A DNA stretch of 64,000 nt from Polyangiales bacterium. Its GTDB lineage: Bacteria > Myxococcota_A > Polyangia > Polyangiales > Polyangiaceae. The translations under genes were made by a program, and so were the position numbers. The stretch spans positions 32,001 to 96,000 of the forward strand of contig JBBRNJ010000015.1 of NCBI GenBank assembly GCA_038230375.1, given 5' to 3'. The notes below the pieces were generated by a model. That model was not told the DNA's origin, did not search any database, and was given only the letters and a program-made list of their open reading frames with translations. Of this stretch, positions 44,465 to 54,021 are shown in pieces; the stretch's first letter is position 1; every line of letters starts with the position of its first letter.

Positions 44465-45595
44465 TCACTTGCCTGGCGCGCCTTCGGTTCGGATGAACTG
44501 GACGCGGCGGTTCAGTGTCCGGTTCGCTTCGGTGTTGTTCGGCACGAGCGGCTGGGACATGCCGAAGCCCTTCGAGGTGAGCCGGCCAACGTCGATGCCG
44601 TGCGAAACGAGGTACGCACGTACGGAGTCTGCGCGCGACTGCGAGAGCTTCTGGTTGTAGTTCGCGTTGCCCTTGTTGTCGGTGTGGCCCTGGACATCGA
44701 TCTTGATGTTCGGGTTGTCGCGGAGGGCGTCGCGGACGGCGTCCAGGATGGGATAGCTGACCGGCTTGATGGTGGCCTTGTCGAAGTCGAACTGGATCTG
44801 CTGGGTGATCCGGATCTCCTTCGCGCTGATGGAGATGAGGCCAGGGCAGCCCGGACGCGCGCCGCCCGGCTGACCGGGGGTGTTCGGGCAGAAGTCGTCG
44901 ACGTCGGCGACGGTGTCGTTGTCGTTGTCGTTGTCGGGGCAGCCGTCCTCGTCCTGGAAACCGTCGGGATCTTCCGGCTGGAGCGGGCACTTGTCCGCGG
45001 AGTCCAGGATGCCGTCGAGATCGTTGTCGGGCTCGGGGCAGCCGTCTGCGTCGAGGTAGCCGTCGATGTCCTCGGGCTCCATCATGCACGCATCCTTGGA
45101 GTCGGGGATGCCGTCCTTGTCGGTGTCGGGATCATCCGGGCAGCCGTCGAGATCCTCGTAGCCGTTGTAGGTCTCGGGGTTGTCGGGGCACTGATCGAAC
45201 GAGTCGAGGATGCCGTCGCCGTCGCGATCGCCTTCCTTTGCGACCACCACGACGTCGTCCGTGCACTTGTCACGCGGCGACAGCTCGAGGGCGGCGCGCG
45301 CGTTGGGCTCCGCGATGACGAGGTGCTTCTCGGCGTTGGTAAGCTCGCCCTGGTCGAGCTCGGTCGTGGCGAAGCGCAGGTGGCTCTGCGCAAGGGCGAG
45401 CTCACGCGGGGCGCACTTCTTTGCGCCGCTCGCGTCTGCGTCCTTCACGATCTTCTCGAGGCCGTCGATGCGGCCGCGAAGGATCGGCGCAGTGGCGCAG
45501 CCGTTCGAGAGAACGACCAGCCCGAGACTCAAGCCGGCGACGAGAAAGGTCCGTGCGATCCGGGTTCTGGATCGAAACCAGCGGATTCCGTTCAC
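44465..45595 (-). CDS. OmpA-family lipoprotein with DUF4398 and TSP3-like Ca-binding repeats
   Basis: Lipobox SNGC; DxDxDG..D..DxCP repeats; IQFDFDKA, GHTD, LSQSRA, NRRV. Confidence 0.92.
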   Translation of the reverse strand: MNGIRWFRSRTRIARTFLVAGLSLGLVVLSNGCATAPILRGRIDGLEKIVKDADASGAKKCAPRELALAQSHLRFATTELDQGELTNAEKHLVIAEPNARAALELSPRDKCTDDVVVVAKEGDRDGDGILDSFDQCPDNPETYNGYEDLDGCPDDPDTDKDGIPDSKDACMMEPEDIDGYLDADGCPEPDNDLDGILDSADKCPLQPEDPDGFQDEDGCPDNDNDNDTVADVDDFCPNTPGQPGGARPGCPGLISISAKEIRITQQIQFDFDKATIKPVSYPILDAVRDALRDNPNIKIDVQGHTDNKGNANYNQKLSQSRADSVRAYLVSHGIDVGRLTSKGFGMSQPLVPNNTEANRTLNRRVQFIRTEGAPGK

Positions 45596-45894
45596 TTGGT
45601 CCCCGTCTTGCCGGCCGAGATCTCGATCGCCTTCTGGGCGTACTCCTCGGCGGTCTCCGCGTAGCTGACGGCATCGCCGTAGCTTGCCTCGCTCGCTTCC
45701 ACCTGCGCCTGCCGGAGATGCTCCTGCGCGTAGTAGAACTCGTAGGGTGCGTGGCGCTCGGCGCCCACGGAGCGAGCCTGCTCGACGCGCGCCGACGCGG
45801 AGTTCATGCTCGCTGCATAATACACGCTTCCACAGCCCGCTTGCGTGAGGGCGAGGAGGCCCAACATCATCGACACAACCACGAGCCTTCGCAT
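45592..45894 (-). CDS. DUF4398-like small lipoprotein
   Basis: Lipobox QAGC; A...GAERHAPYEF..A..L..A; GTGA coupling to the OmpA gene. Confidence 0.8.
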   Translation of the reverse strand: MRRLVVVSMMLGLLALTQAGCGSVYYAASMNSASARVEQARSVGAERHAPYEFYYAQEHLRQAQVEASEASYGDAVSYAETAEEYAQKAIEISAGKTGTK

Positions 45895-46038
45895 GCTTCG
45901 GGCAGTAAACAATTCTTTGAGCGCTTCTGCAAGCACGGGATTGACCGACCACCCAGACAAACGCTTCGCCTCGTCCGTTCGGGCGTCGCAGACCAACCCC
46001 TCGTGCGCAGCACGTCGCTCGACTATCAGCGGAAGCCC

Positions 46039-46713
46039 CTAGAAACGCCGGAAGACGCCGACGACGATTCCGAGGAGCATGGTCGGGCGGAAGTCCATCG
46101 CGCGGACCAGGATGGGAGCCATGGTCTTGTTGGCGGGCTGGAAGCGGACGTAGTCCTTTTCCGGGTAGTAGTACTTCACGGTGGCCTCGTCCCCAATGAG
46201 GGCCACGACGATGTCGCCGCGGTTGGCCGTGAGCTGCTTCTTCACGAAGATGTAGTCGCCGTTGAGGATGCCGGCGTCGATCATGGAGTCACCATGAACA
46301 CGAAGACCGAAGACCTCGCGACCGCCCTTGAGGAGGCCGCGGTCGATCTTGACCGTGTCGATGACATTCTCTTCGGCGTAGATGGGCAGGCCGGCGGCGA
46401 CGCGCCCGAGGACGCGCACCTCGACGAGGTCATCATCGACGGTCGCCGCGGGCGTGAGCTCGTTCGATGGTGAGCCCGGCGGCAGGCCGTTCACGGTCCC
46501 CATGGCGGTCGGGCGCAGGGCGCGCGACTTCATGTCCTCGCGCGTGAGGTAGCCCTTGCGCTCCAGCGCACGAAGGTGATCGTTCACCCCGTTCGTAGAC
46601 CGGATGCCCATGCGGGCTCCGATCTCACGAAGCGTCGGGGGGTAGCCCCGATCGGTAATGGACTGCCGAATGAAATCGAGCACCATCTGCTGACGCTGAG
46701 TGAGGCCTTGCAT
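46039..46713 (-). CDS. lexA: SOS repressor LexA
   Basis: PPTLREIG...HLRALERKGYL wHTH; VAAG cleavage site; GDSM (Ser) and TVK (Lys) catalytic dyad. Confidence 0.97.
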   Translation of the reverse strand: MQGLTQRQQMVLDFIRQSITDRGYPPTLREIGARMGIRSTNGVNDHLRALERKGYLTREDMKSRALRPTAMGTVNGLPPGSPSNELTPAATVDDDLVEVRVLGRVAAGLPIYAEENVIDTVKIDRGLLKGGREVFGLRVHGDSMIDAGILNGDYIFVKKQLTANRGDIVVALIGDEATVKYYYPEKDYVRFQPANKTMAPILVRAMDFRPTMLLGIVVGVFRRF

Positions 46714-46722
46714 GCGTGTAGA

Positions 46723-46771
46723 ACAGTACTGAACGCACGTTCTAGCGTCAAGTAAGTTTGAACGATTGTTT
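46723..46771 (-). promoter_or_regulatory. lexA promoter with two LexA boxes
   Basis: TTGACG (46751-46746), 17 nt, TACTGT (46728-46723); GAAC-GCAC-GTTC at 46731-46742 in the spacer; GAAC-GATT-GTTT at 46760-46771. Confidence 0.8.
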
Positions 46772-46927
46772 TACAACGATCCGTATCTACGAGTGTTTTC
46801 CTTGCGTCAGACGACGTGTGTCCCGTGGCCTTTCGTCCCCTCCCCAAACGTTCCCCGCTGGAAGGACGACCATGGCCGACCCGAGAGTTCTCCACATCTT
46901 CTCCCCATCCGCGCGTGCGGCATGCGC

Positions 46928-47659
46928 TCACTTCGACCAGGTCGCCAGGATCCTTGGTTCGAATGGCTCTCCGTGGCATGTCGGGCAGCCGTTCGGCTTG
47001 CCATCGTTGCGCGTGAGCCCGACGACGTACACGTCGTGCATGGCGGTGCGCAGCGCCTGCGGGTCGGTGCGATCGGCGATCGTCGTCTTCCCTTGATGAC
47101 ACGAGTCGCAATAGAGCGGGCCCATGTCGCCGTCCTGACCGGCGGGAGAGAGCCCCAGCACGAGGTCATTCCACATATGCGACGCGATCCGCTTCCGAGG
47201 CGTCCACGCCCTGAAATCGTCCACGTGGCAGTCCTTGCACTTGATCCCCAGCGACGCGGTGAAGGTGTTCATCACCTTGCTCATCTTCGAGCGCTCGATC
47301 TTGTCGAGACGAGGAAGCTTCGAGGGATCGAGACCAGCCTCGCGAAGCTTCTCCGCCATCGTGCTGGCGCGAAGACGCGGAAGGCGCGAGGTCGAGGTCG
47401 AGGGCAAGGTCGAGGTCGAAGTCGAGGTCGAAGTCGAAGTCGAAGTCGAAGTCGAAGTCGAGGTCGGGGTCGAAGTCGAAGTCGAGGTCGAGGTCGAGGT
47501 CGAAGTCGAAGTCGGTGTCGAGGTCGAAGTTGAAGTCGGTGTCGTCGTCGGTGTCGTCCCTCCCGGCGACGTTCCCACCGCGGCAACCGCTGCCGGTGCC
47601 CCGCACGCTGCGATCATGAGTGCGAGCGGCCCGAGCGGCCCGAGCGGCCCGCGCCTCAT
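46928..47659 (-). CDS. Tri-haem c-type cytochrome lipoprotein with Thr/Ser linker
   Basis: Lipobox IAAC; CKDCH, CDSCH, CPTCH; start overlaps upstream stop (TGATG). Confidence 0.82.
   Translation of the reverse strand: MRRGPLGPLGPLALMIAACGAPAAVAAVGTSPGGTTPTTTPTSTSTSTPTSTSTSTSTSTSTSTPTSTSTSTSTSTSTSTSTSTLPSTSTSRLPRLRASTMAEKLREAGLDPSKLPRLDKIERSKMSKVMNTFTASLGIKCKDCHVDDFRAWTPRKRIASHMWNDLVLGLSPAGQDGDMGPLYCDSCHQGKTTIADRTDPQALRTAMHDVYVVGLTRNDGKPNGCPTCHGEPFEPRILATWSK
47387..47558 (-). repeat. Hexamer array (YTCGAC)n read in-frame as (ST)n
   Basis: Plus strand (GTCGAR)n with variants; inside the cytochrome gene. Confidence 0.95.
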
Positions 47660-48159
47660 CAGCCGAAGCGCCCGCTCGTGGAGAGGAAGGTCAGCTTGTC
47701 GTTCGTCTCGCGCAGGCGCGCCGCAAGCAGGCGAACGCACGCCCAGAGGACCTCGTATGCCAGATCCTTGTGCAGGAAGAGCAGCTCGTCGAAGGCGTCC
47801 TTCGTCATCACGATCAGGCGGCAGCGCTCGTGCGCGTACGCATCCGCGGAGCGCGTGGACTCGTCGAGGAGCGAGAGCTCGCCGAAGACCTCGCCCGTCG
47901 CGAGCACCGCAAGGGCCTCTTCGCCCATGCCCGAGACCTCGCGCGAGATGCGGATCTTGCCTTCCATGATGATGAACAGCTTGTCGCCAGGATCGCCGTA
48001 GCCGAAGATCTTGGTGCCCAGCGGATGCGCCTCTTCCGTCGTCGCCGCAGCGACCAGCGTGAGCGCGTCCTGTGTCAGACCATCGAAGAACGGCACGCGC
48101 GCGAGTTGCTCCTCGCGTGCGAACGTGTCGATCGAGTTCTTGACGTTGGGCTGTGTCAC
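47659..48159 (-). CDS. Stand-alone cyclic-nucleotide-binding domain protein
   Basis: GDPGD.LFII.EG, FGELSLLDESTRSADA; no HTH. Confidence 0.88.
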   Translation of the reverse strand: MTQPNVKNSIDTFAREEQLARVPFFDGLTQDALTLVAAATTEEAHPLGTKIFGYGDPGDKLFIIMEGKIRISREVSGMGEEALAVLATGEVFGELSLLDESTRSADAYAHERCRLIVMTKDAFDELLFLHKDLAYEVLWACVRLLAARLRETNDKLTFLSTSGRFG

Positions 48160-48194
48160 TTTGGGGCCAAGACTATTCCATCACCGCCGAAGCC

Positions 48195-49148
48195 TCAACG
48201 CGCAAGCAGCGCAACCAGCGCGATGATCGCGGCAATCACGGCCGCCAGGAGCAACAATGCGAATACCTTGAGGACCGTCCGAAAGGCGGATCGTCCAGGC
48301 GGAGGGGCGCTGCGCTGGCGGAGAGGCATGCCGCCCATCGCCTGTGGCGACGACGGGACGGCCGAAGGCGCCATCATGATGCCGCTGGCCGTCGCATCGC
48401 GACCCTCGTCCTCGTAGGAGAGCACTGTGTTGCTGAGGCGGCCCACCGAGATGGGCCCGGGGACATCGGGCGCTCGCCGGCTGAACTCCGCGACGCGCTC
48501 CGCGGGCTCGTCCACGACAAGGACCGAGACGCCGAGCCTGAGCATGCGGCGATTGTCCCAGCGCGCACGACGCTGAGGGACGAGGCGCGTGTAGCCGAGC
48601 CACGAGCCGCGCGTGCTCGTGCGGTCCATCACGACGATGCCTTCCTTCTTGCGGACGACCTCCAGGTGATCGCGGGACACGTTGCGGTCCTCGACCTTGA
48701 GGTCGGCCTTGGGGCCGCGGCCCACGACGTACACGCGCCCCTCTTCCTTCAGCGCAAGGACGTGACCGACGCTCGGTCCCTCGGTGACGCGGACGGTGGG
48801 CCAGGGCGGCGGCCGCAGGAACTCCTCGCTGTCGGCGTCATCCGATTCGTCGGATGTGTGCCGCAGCTCCATGAGAACGTCGCCAACGCGGATTGGATCA
48901 CCGATGCGGACGACGCGGAAGCTGTCTTCGGCGATCGGCACCTCGCCAACGCTACATTCCTCGTCCCCCTGGAGGAACCACTCGCCGCCACGACATGACA
49001 GCTTTGCGTGCAGCTTCCGGACGTTGGGCGCGTCGATCTCGATGGCCGAGTCCGGCCCTGCACCGAGCGTCAGGGGCTCGCCGTTCAGCGGAAACTTGCG
49101 CAACGAATCGAAGCGCCCCGCGGGATAAACGACGAGCGTGAGCCCCAT
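48195..49148 (-). CDS. Tandem FHA-domain protein with C-terminal TM anchor
   Basis: Second FHA has GR...VSRDH...STRG; first FHA is degenerate (GA, VRKLH). Confidence 0.82.
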   Translation of the reverse strand: MGLTLVVYPAGRFDSLRKFPLNGEPLTLGAGPDSAIEIDAPNVRKLHAKLSCRGGEWFLQGDEECSVGEVPIAEDSFRVVRIGDPIRVGDVLMELRHTSDESDDADSEEFLRPPPWPTVRVTEGPSVGHVLALKEEGRVYVVGRGPKADLKVEDRNVSRDHLEVVRKKEGIVVMDRTSTRGSWLGYTRLVPQRRARWDNRRMLRLGVSVLVVDEPAERVAEFSRRAPDVPGPISVGRLSNTVLSYEDEGRDATASGIMMAPSAVPSSPQAMGGMPLRQRSAPPPGRSAFRTVLKVFALLLLAAVIAAIIALVALLAR

Positions 49149-49195
49149 TCCGCACCCAGTTTACAAGAACCCGCGCGGAAAAGAGCAACTTCGAG

Positions 49196-50155
49196 TCAGT
49201 GCGAGCTGTTTGCTGCCAGCCAGCGCTCTGCTTCGAGAGCGGCCATGCAGCCAGTGCCGGCGGCCGTGACGGCCTGGCGGTAGACGAAGTCCTGGACATC
49301 GCCCGAGGCGAAGACGCCCGGGATGTTGGTCTGGGTGGTGCCCGGCTTGGTCTTCAGGTAGCCGTTATCGTGCATGTCGAGCACGCCGGTGAAGAGGTCG
49401 GTGTTCGGCGTGTGGCCGATCGCCACAAAGAGCCCGGTGATGGCGATGTCCGTCTTTTCCTTGGTCTTGAGGTTCACGAGCCGCGCGCCCGTCACCTCGC
49501 CCTTGGACACGTCGAGGATCTCGTCCACGGCAGAGTTGTAGATGATCTTGATCTTCTGGTTCCTGAGGACGCGATCGATCATCGCCTTGCTGGCACGGAA
49601 CTCCTCGCGACGGTGCACGAGCGTGACCGTCTTGCAGAGACCTGAGAGGTACATCGACTCTTCCATCGCGGTGTCGCCGCCGCCGACCACGACCACGTCC
49701 TGATTCCGGAAGAACGCGCCGTCACACACGGCGCAGGCGCTGACGCCCTTGCCCTTCAGCGCGTCCTCGCTCGGGATGTTGAGCCACTTCGCCTGCGCGC
49801 CGGTGGCGATGATGACGGTCTGGGACTTGTATTCCAGGTTGTCGTCGCCGGCCCACACGGTGAACGGGTGCTTCGTGAGGTCGACCTTGTTGACGTCTTC
49901 GGTGCGGATCTCAGCGCCCTGGTGGATCGACTGCTCGCGGAACGCGGCCATGAGCTCCGGCCCGGCGATCTTCGAGGGGAAGCCCGGGTAGTTCTCGACG
50001 TCGTTGGTGATCATCAGCTGGCCGCCGGGAATGCCGCCGCGGCTCAGGCCCTCGAACATGAGGGGCTTCAGGTTCGCGCGCGACGCGTAGATGGCTGCGG
50101 TGTGCCCCGCGGGGCCGGATCCGATGATGATCGTTTTGCGGACGTCTTGGCTCAT
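49196..50155 (-). CDS. trxB: Thioredoxin-disulfide reductase
   Basis: GSGPAG, GGQL, VENYPG, CAVCDG, GGGDTA, HRR, GDV..YRQAVTAAG. Confidence 0.97.
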   Translation of the reverse strand: MSQDVRKTIIIGSGPAGHTAAIYASRANLKPLMFEGLSRGGIPGGQLMITNDVENYPGFPSKIAGPELMAAFREQSIHQGAEIRTEDVNKVDLTKHPFTVWAGDDNLEYKSQTVIIATGAQAKWLNIPSEDALKGKGVSACAVCDGAFFRNQDVVVVGGGDTAMEESMYLSGLCKTVTLVHRREEFRASKAMIDRVLRNQKIKIIYNSAVDEILDVSKGEVTGARLVNLKTKEKTDIAITGLFVAIGHTPNTDLFTGVLDMHDNGYLKTKPGTTQTNIPGVFASGDVQDFVYRQAVTAAGTGCMAALEAERWLAANSSH

Positions 50156-50239
50156 GGCCCAGAATCATAAGCCCAAACAGGCCCGTTCTGCATCCCCCGC
50201 TTCACCAGACTCCACCGAAAAATGGGTCTGCGGCGCTCA

Positions 50240-51892
50240 CTAGAAGCGGTAGGAGACGCCGACGTTGATCACATTGATCTGGTTCGTGATCGTCCCGAGG
50301 TTGATCGGGTAGTTCGTGCGGTAGCGCGTGCGCCCGTTCGGGCAGGTGTTGCCCGTGACGTTGTCCGCGGCCGGGTTGCAGGACGTGCCCGCGGTTCCGG
50401 AGAAGCCCTCGGCCTGAGGGTTCTTGTTGTCCTGGTCGGCATAGAAGATGTGGCCGTAGCCGAGCGAGAACTCGAGCGCGTTCGTCTTCGTGTTGTCCTC
50501 GTCGTAGCCGCCGAACCGAAGGCGATACGTGGCGCCGAGCGTGAGGCCGAAGTTCTGCGAGGCCGCGAACTGCACGTTCTGGAACTGCTTGTCCTGGCCG
50601 CGCGACTGGAAGAAGCCGCCCGCGCGGATGGCGAGGCGGTCGGGCATGGCGTTGTAGTCACCGCCGACACGCACGCCGAACACGTCCTTGTAGCCATTGG
50701 GCACGTCCGCATTCGGGGGCAGGTACGCGCCCTGGATGCCGGAGACGGGCAGGATGCCGTTGCCGTTCGAGTCGCCCGCGAACCGCACCTGCGTCGAATC
50801 GGCCGCGCTGTTGTTCGCCCAGGTGAGATCGATCTCGGCGTCGAACTTGTCCGTGAGGAGCGGGTCGCGCGTGTGCGCCTTGTGGACGCGGAGCTTGTGG
50901 TAGCGGAAGCCCAGCTTGGCCTCCATGGGGATCGCGAGCTTCACGGTGGCGTTGTCGCCCTTGCCGCACGGGTTGTTCGTCTGGTCCGCGGCGAGGCCGG
51001 TGCCGCAGTCGCTGAAGATCGTGTCGCCATGGGTCACGCCCGAGCTGTCGCCCTTGGCGTTCTTGGCCGTGTAGAAGTTGACCTGCGTGCCGACGTCGCC
51101 CCGCGCCTTCACGGCGTCGCTCCACTTGTACCAACCCGCGATGTCGATCTCCTCGGTCGGGCTGTAGAGGGCGCCAGCGGTGAAGCCGGGGATGAAGTAG
51201 TCCGCGACCTGGAGATCCGCACGTACGTCGTTGCCCGGGCCGAGCTTGTCACCATTGAGGCCGAGCGACGAGTTGGCGAGCTTGAACTTTGCGATGCCCC
51301 ACTGGAACGCAGCGCCAAGGCGCAGGCCGTCGATGACCTCGTAGCCAGCGCCGATCTGCGGGAAGACGACAAGACCTTCCTTCTTCACGAGCATGTAGCG
51401 CGTGGGCGACGGCACCATGTCGCCGTTCGGACCCTTCACGAAATCGGGCCAGTGCGCGGCGCCCGCGGCGCTGGGGCCGATGACACCGACGCCAAGGCCA
51501 AGGCGATCGTTCACGCGATAGGTGAACGCCATCTGCGGATCGAAGCTCGGCTCGTCCTCCGCGCAGTACTTCTGGAACGTGTTGCCGCCGCCCGCAAGGA
51601 GCGGGTCCGCCTGAGAGGTGTCGAAGAGCGAGCGCACGCGCTGGTAGCACGAGTGCTGGAAGATGACGTTGCTCTGCAGCGTGAGCCGCGTGGGCTGTCC
51701 TGCAAGACCGGCTGGGTTGTAGAAGACCGCGAGCGGATCCGAAGCGCGAGCGACCCAGGCGCCACCGCGCGAGAACTGCTCCGAGCCGTTGTCCGGAAAC
51801 TCCGTCACGTTCGTGGCGTGAGCAGAGCCTGCCGCAAACAGCGACGTTGCGAGGAGAGAGACGACCGTGAGCGAACGAAGCGGCAAGCGCAT
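50240..51892 (-). CDS. FadL/OmpP1/TodX-type outer-membrane transporter
   Basis: Signal peptide (AHA), RGGA...A.FYNPAGL hatch motif, beta strands, terminal YRF; start 51892 or 51898. Confidence 0.82.
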   Translation of the reverse strand: MRLPLRSLTVVSLLATSLFAAGSAHATNVTEFPDNGSEQFSRGGAWVARASDPLAVFYNPAGLAGQPTRLTLQSNVIFQHSCYQRVRSLFDTSQADPLLAGGGNTFQKYCAEDEPSFDPQMAFTYRVNDRLGLGVGVIGPSAAGAAHWPDFVKGPNGDMVPSPTRYMLVKKEGLVVFPQIGAGYEVIDGLRLGAAFQWGIAKFKLANSSLGLNGDKLGPGNDVRADLQVADYFIPGFTAGALYSPTEEIDIAGWYKWSDAVKARGDVGTQVNFYTAKNAKGDSSGVTHGDTIFSDCGTGLAADQTNNPCGKGDNATVKLAIPMEAKLGFRYHKLRVHKAHTRDPLLTDKFDAEIDLTWANNSAADSTQVRFAGDSNGNGILPVSGIQGAYLPPNADVPNGYKDVFGVRVGGDYNAMPDRLAIRAGGFFQSRGQDKQFQNVQFAASQNFGLTLGATYRLRFGGYDEDNTKTNALEFSLGYGHIFYADQDNKNPQAEGFSGTAGTSCNPAADNVTGNTCPNGRTRYRTNYPINLGTITNQINVINVGVSYRF

Positions 51893-52023
51893 GGGCACGC
51901 GCTGAACCTACCTTCCCCTGTCGAAAAGTTCATCAGCTATCGCACATGGCGCATCGCGTCAGCGACGCGCACCAGACCAGCCTGCCCAAGGACGCACCGC
52001 CGCGGACGACGACGTGAAGAGCG

Positions 52024-54021
52024 TCAGTCGCGGACGGGGGTGGCCTTCAGCGACGCGCGACCGTCCTTCACGTAGACCGAGAACTTCACGCGCTTGCAGC
52101 CGTGCTTCTGGATCAGCGTGTCGCGGTTCTTGCGCAACGTCTGCTGGAACTTCTCGAACGTCAGGCCGTCGACCGCCTCACCGCACTGGCGCTTGGTGCG
52201 GATGAAGTCGTCGTAGACGGTGAGCCACTCGGAGTTCTCGTCACCGGGCTTGGCCGCGCCATACTGGCCGGTCGCTGCCGCGAGCAGGGCTGCGGGAGGC
52301 TCGCCCACCATCGTTGCTTCTTCGCGGTCGGCGTCGGGCGCGAGCGGCGCCATGGGGTTGAAGAGCGGCGACGCATTTCCCGAGGGCATCGGGACGGGCA
52401 CGCTGCCGGTGATCGGAGGCATCCGGCCTGCCGAGGGCGCCGGAGCACCTGCGGCAGGCGTGGGCGCCGCGCGCTGGGGTTGCGTGCCGGTACCCGGGAA
52501 CCCGGGAGGACCCCCGGGCGAACCAGGCATGGGTCCGCCAAGGGGCGGAGGTCCACCGGGCCGCTGACCAGGACCGGAGCCCGGGGGAGAATGTGGATTG
52601 GGTGCCTGATGGGGCTGCCCATGAGGATGAGGCATGGGCGGACGCGGCCCGTTGAGCCCATCTTGTCGCATGGGAGGAGGAGGACCGAAGCCACCGGGTG
52701 ACGAGCCGCCCGACTGAGGAACGTTCGGGATCTGCCCCGAGCCTGCGCTGGAGTCCGCGAGCGGGAACGAGAACGCGCTCATGGCCGGGTTTGCGGGGAC
52801 GGGGCCAAGGATAGACTCCAGGTTCGCGGGACGCTTGGCCTGACCGCCCGCCTTCTCGACGACGCGCTCCATACCCGCGTTGATGTCCACGGCGACCGCG
52901 CGGAGACCGCCGGAGAAGCGCGGCAACTGCAACGCATCGATCTTGCCGGCGCGGAGCGCCTGCGCCTGAACGACCATCTCCTTCTGAGGGCGCGAGTGCT
53001 CGATGAACGAGAACAGGAAGCCGAAGAGCGAGCCGCCCACGACCACGGAGATGACGAGCCACAGCTTGACGCTCGCCTTGTCCTTGTCGTCTGCGCCAGT
53101 GACGAAGCCCATGGGCCCGCCGATGGAGACCCGCGGACGCACCACGGCGAAGCCCGCGCCGTTCTCCTTCATCTCCCATGCATCGCCGGGGAGCCGCACG
53201 AAGATGGCGCCCGCCTTCTCGCTTCCGGACACCGACAGCCGCGACACGTCGGTGCGACCGGTGTCCTTGTAGCCCTTGTCGCCAGCGGGATCGAAGAGCT
53301 TCGCGATCTCCGGGCCGAGTAGCGCGAAGTTCCCCTCGTCGAACTCCTCACCTTGGCCGAGCGTGCCCGTGATGGGCTTCTGCGCGCCGGAGAAGAACGC
53401 GACGTTCGTGCGCGTGCGCTTTGCGATCTCCTTCGCGAAGCCCGCGTCGATCCAGCGAATGGCCACGACGGCGCCCAGCGGAGGCTGGCCGATCTCGTCC
53501 TCGATCGGGCGGGTGACCACGCGCGCGACCTTGCCGTCCCAGATCCACGTGTCGTCGCGGAGGTTGCCGTGGAGCGCGTCGAACACTGCGGGATAGCCGC
53601 CGAGCTCGAAGCCCGTGGACGCGTTCGCCGTGTCGTACCCGACCTGCGAGACGACACGGCCGTCGCGGTCGACGAAGAAGAGCGCGTCGTTCTTGTACTC
53701 GGGCGGCAGGTTGTCGTTGAAGGCCGTGAGCGCCTTGCGACCGTCTTCCTTTGCGAACGTCGGGATCGAGTCCTTGCCGTTGGCGTTCTTCAGGACCTTG
53801 CGGCTGGCGTCGTCAGCGCTGACGCGCAGGAGGTTGTCGAGGCGACGACGCGCGTCGATCTGAAGCGCCCAGCTCACGACCTGGCTGTCGCCCTTCAACG
53901 TCTCCGTCATGGCGAGCGCCGCACGCCGATCGTACTGACCGACCGCGAGCGACACCACGTACACCGCCGCGCCCACGACGAGCGAGAGCAGGACGTACCA
54001 GATGCGGGACAGGATCATCAT
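52024..54021 (-). CDS. MXAN_5187 family membrane protein
   Basis: TM-periplasmic-TM, Pro-rich linker, C-terminal VYDDF...CGE...LTFEKF...L.KN...F.VYVKDGRASLKATP. Confidence 0.75.
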   Translation of the reverse strand: MMILSRIWYVLLSLVVGAAVYVVSLAVGQYDRRAALAMTETLKGDSQVVSWALQIDARRRLDNLLRVSADDASRKVLKNANGKDSIPTFAKEDGRKALTAFNDNLPPEYKNDALFFVDRDGRVVSQVGYDTANASTGFELGGYPAVFDALHGNLRDDTWIWDGKVARVVTRPIEDEIGQPPLGAVVAIRWIDAGFAKEIAKRTRTNVAFFSGAQKPITGTLGQGEEFDEGNFALLGPEIAKLFDPAGDKGYKDTGRTDVSRLSVSGSEKAGAIFVRLPGDAWEMKENGAGFAVVRPRVSIGGPMGFVTGADDKDKASVKLWLVISVVVGGSLFGFLFSFIEHSRPQKEMVVQAQALRAGKIDALQLPRFSGGLRAVAVDINAGMERVVEKAGGQAKRPANLESILGPVPANPAMSAFSFPLADSSAGSGQIPNVPQSGGSSPGGFGPPPPMRQDGLNGPRPPMPHPHGQPHQAPNPHSPPGSGPGQRPGGPPPLGGPMPGSPGGPPGFPGTGTQPQRAAPTPAAGAPAPSAGRMPPITGSVPVPMPSGNASPLFNPMAPLAPDADREEATMVGEPPAALLAAATGQYGAAKPGDENSEWLTVYDDFIRTKRQCGEAVDGLTFEKFQQTLRKNRDTLIQKHGCKRVKFSVYVKDGRASLKATPVRD

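Noticed and set aside
46820..46880. Imperfect hairpin between the cytochrome gene and the lexA promoter
   Set aside because: Weak purine/pyrimidine complementarity; no recognisable RNA family.
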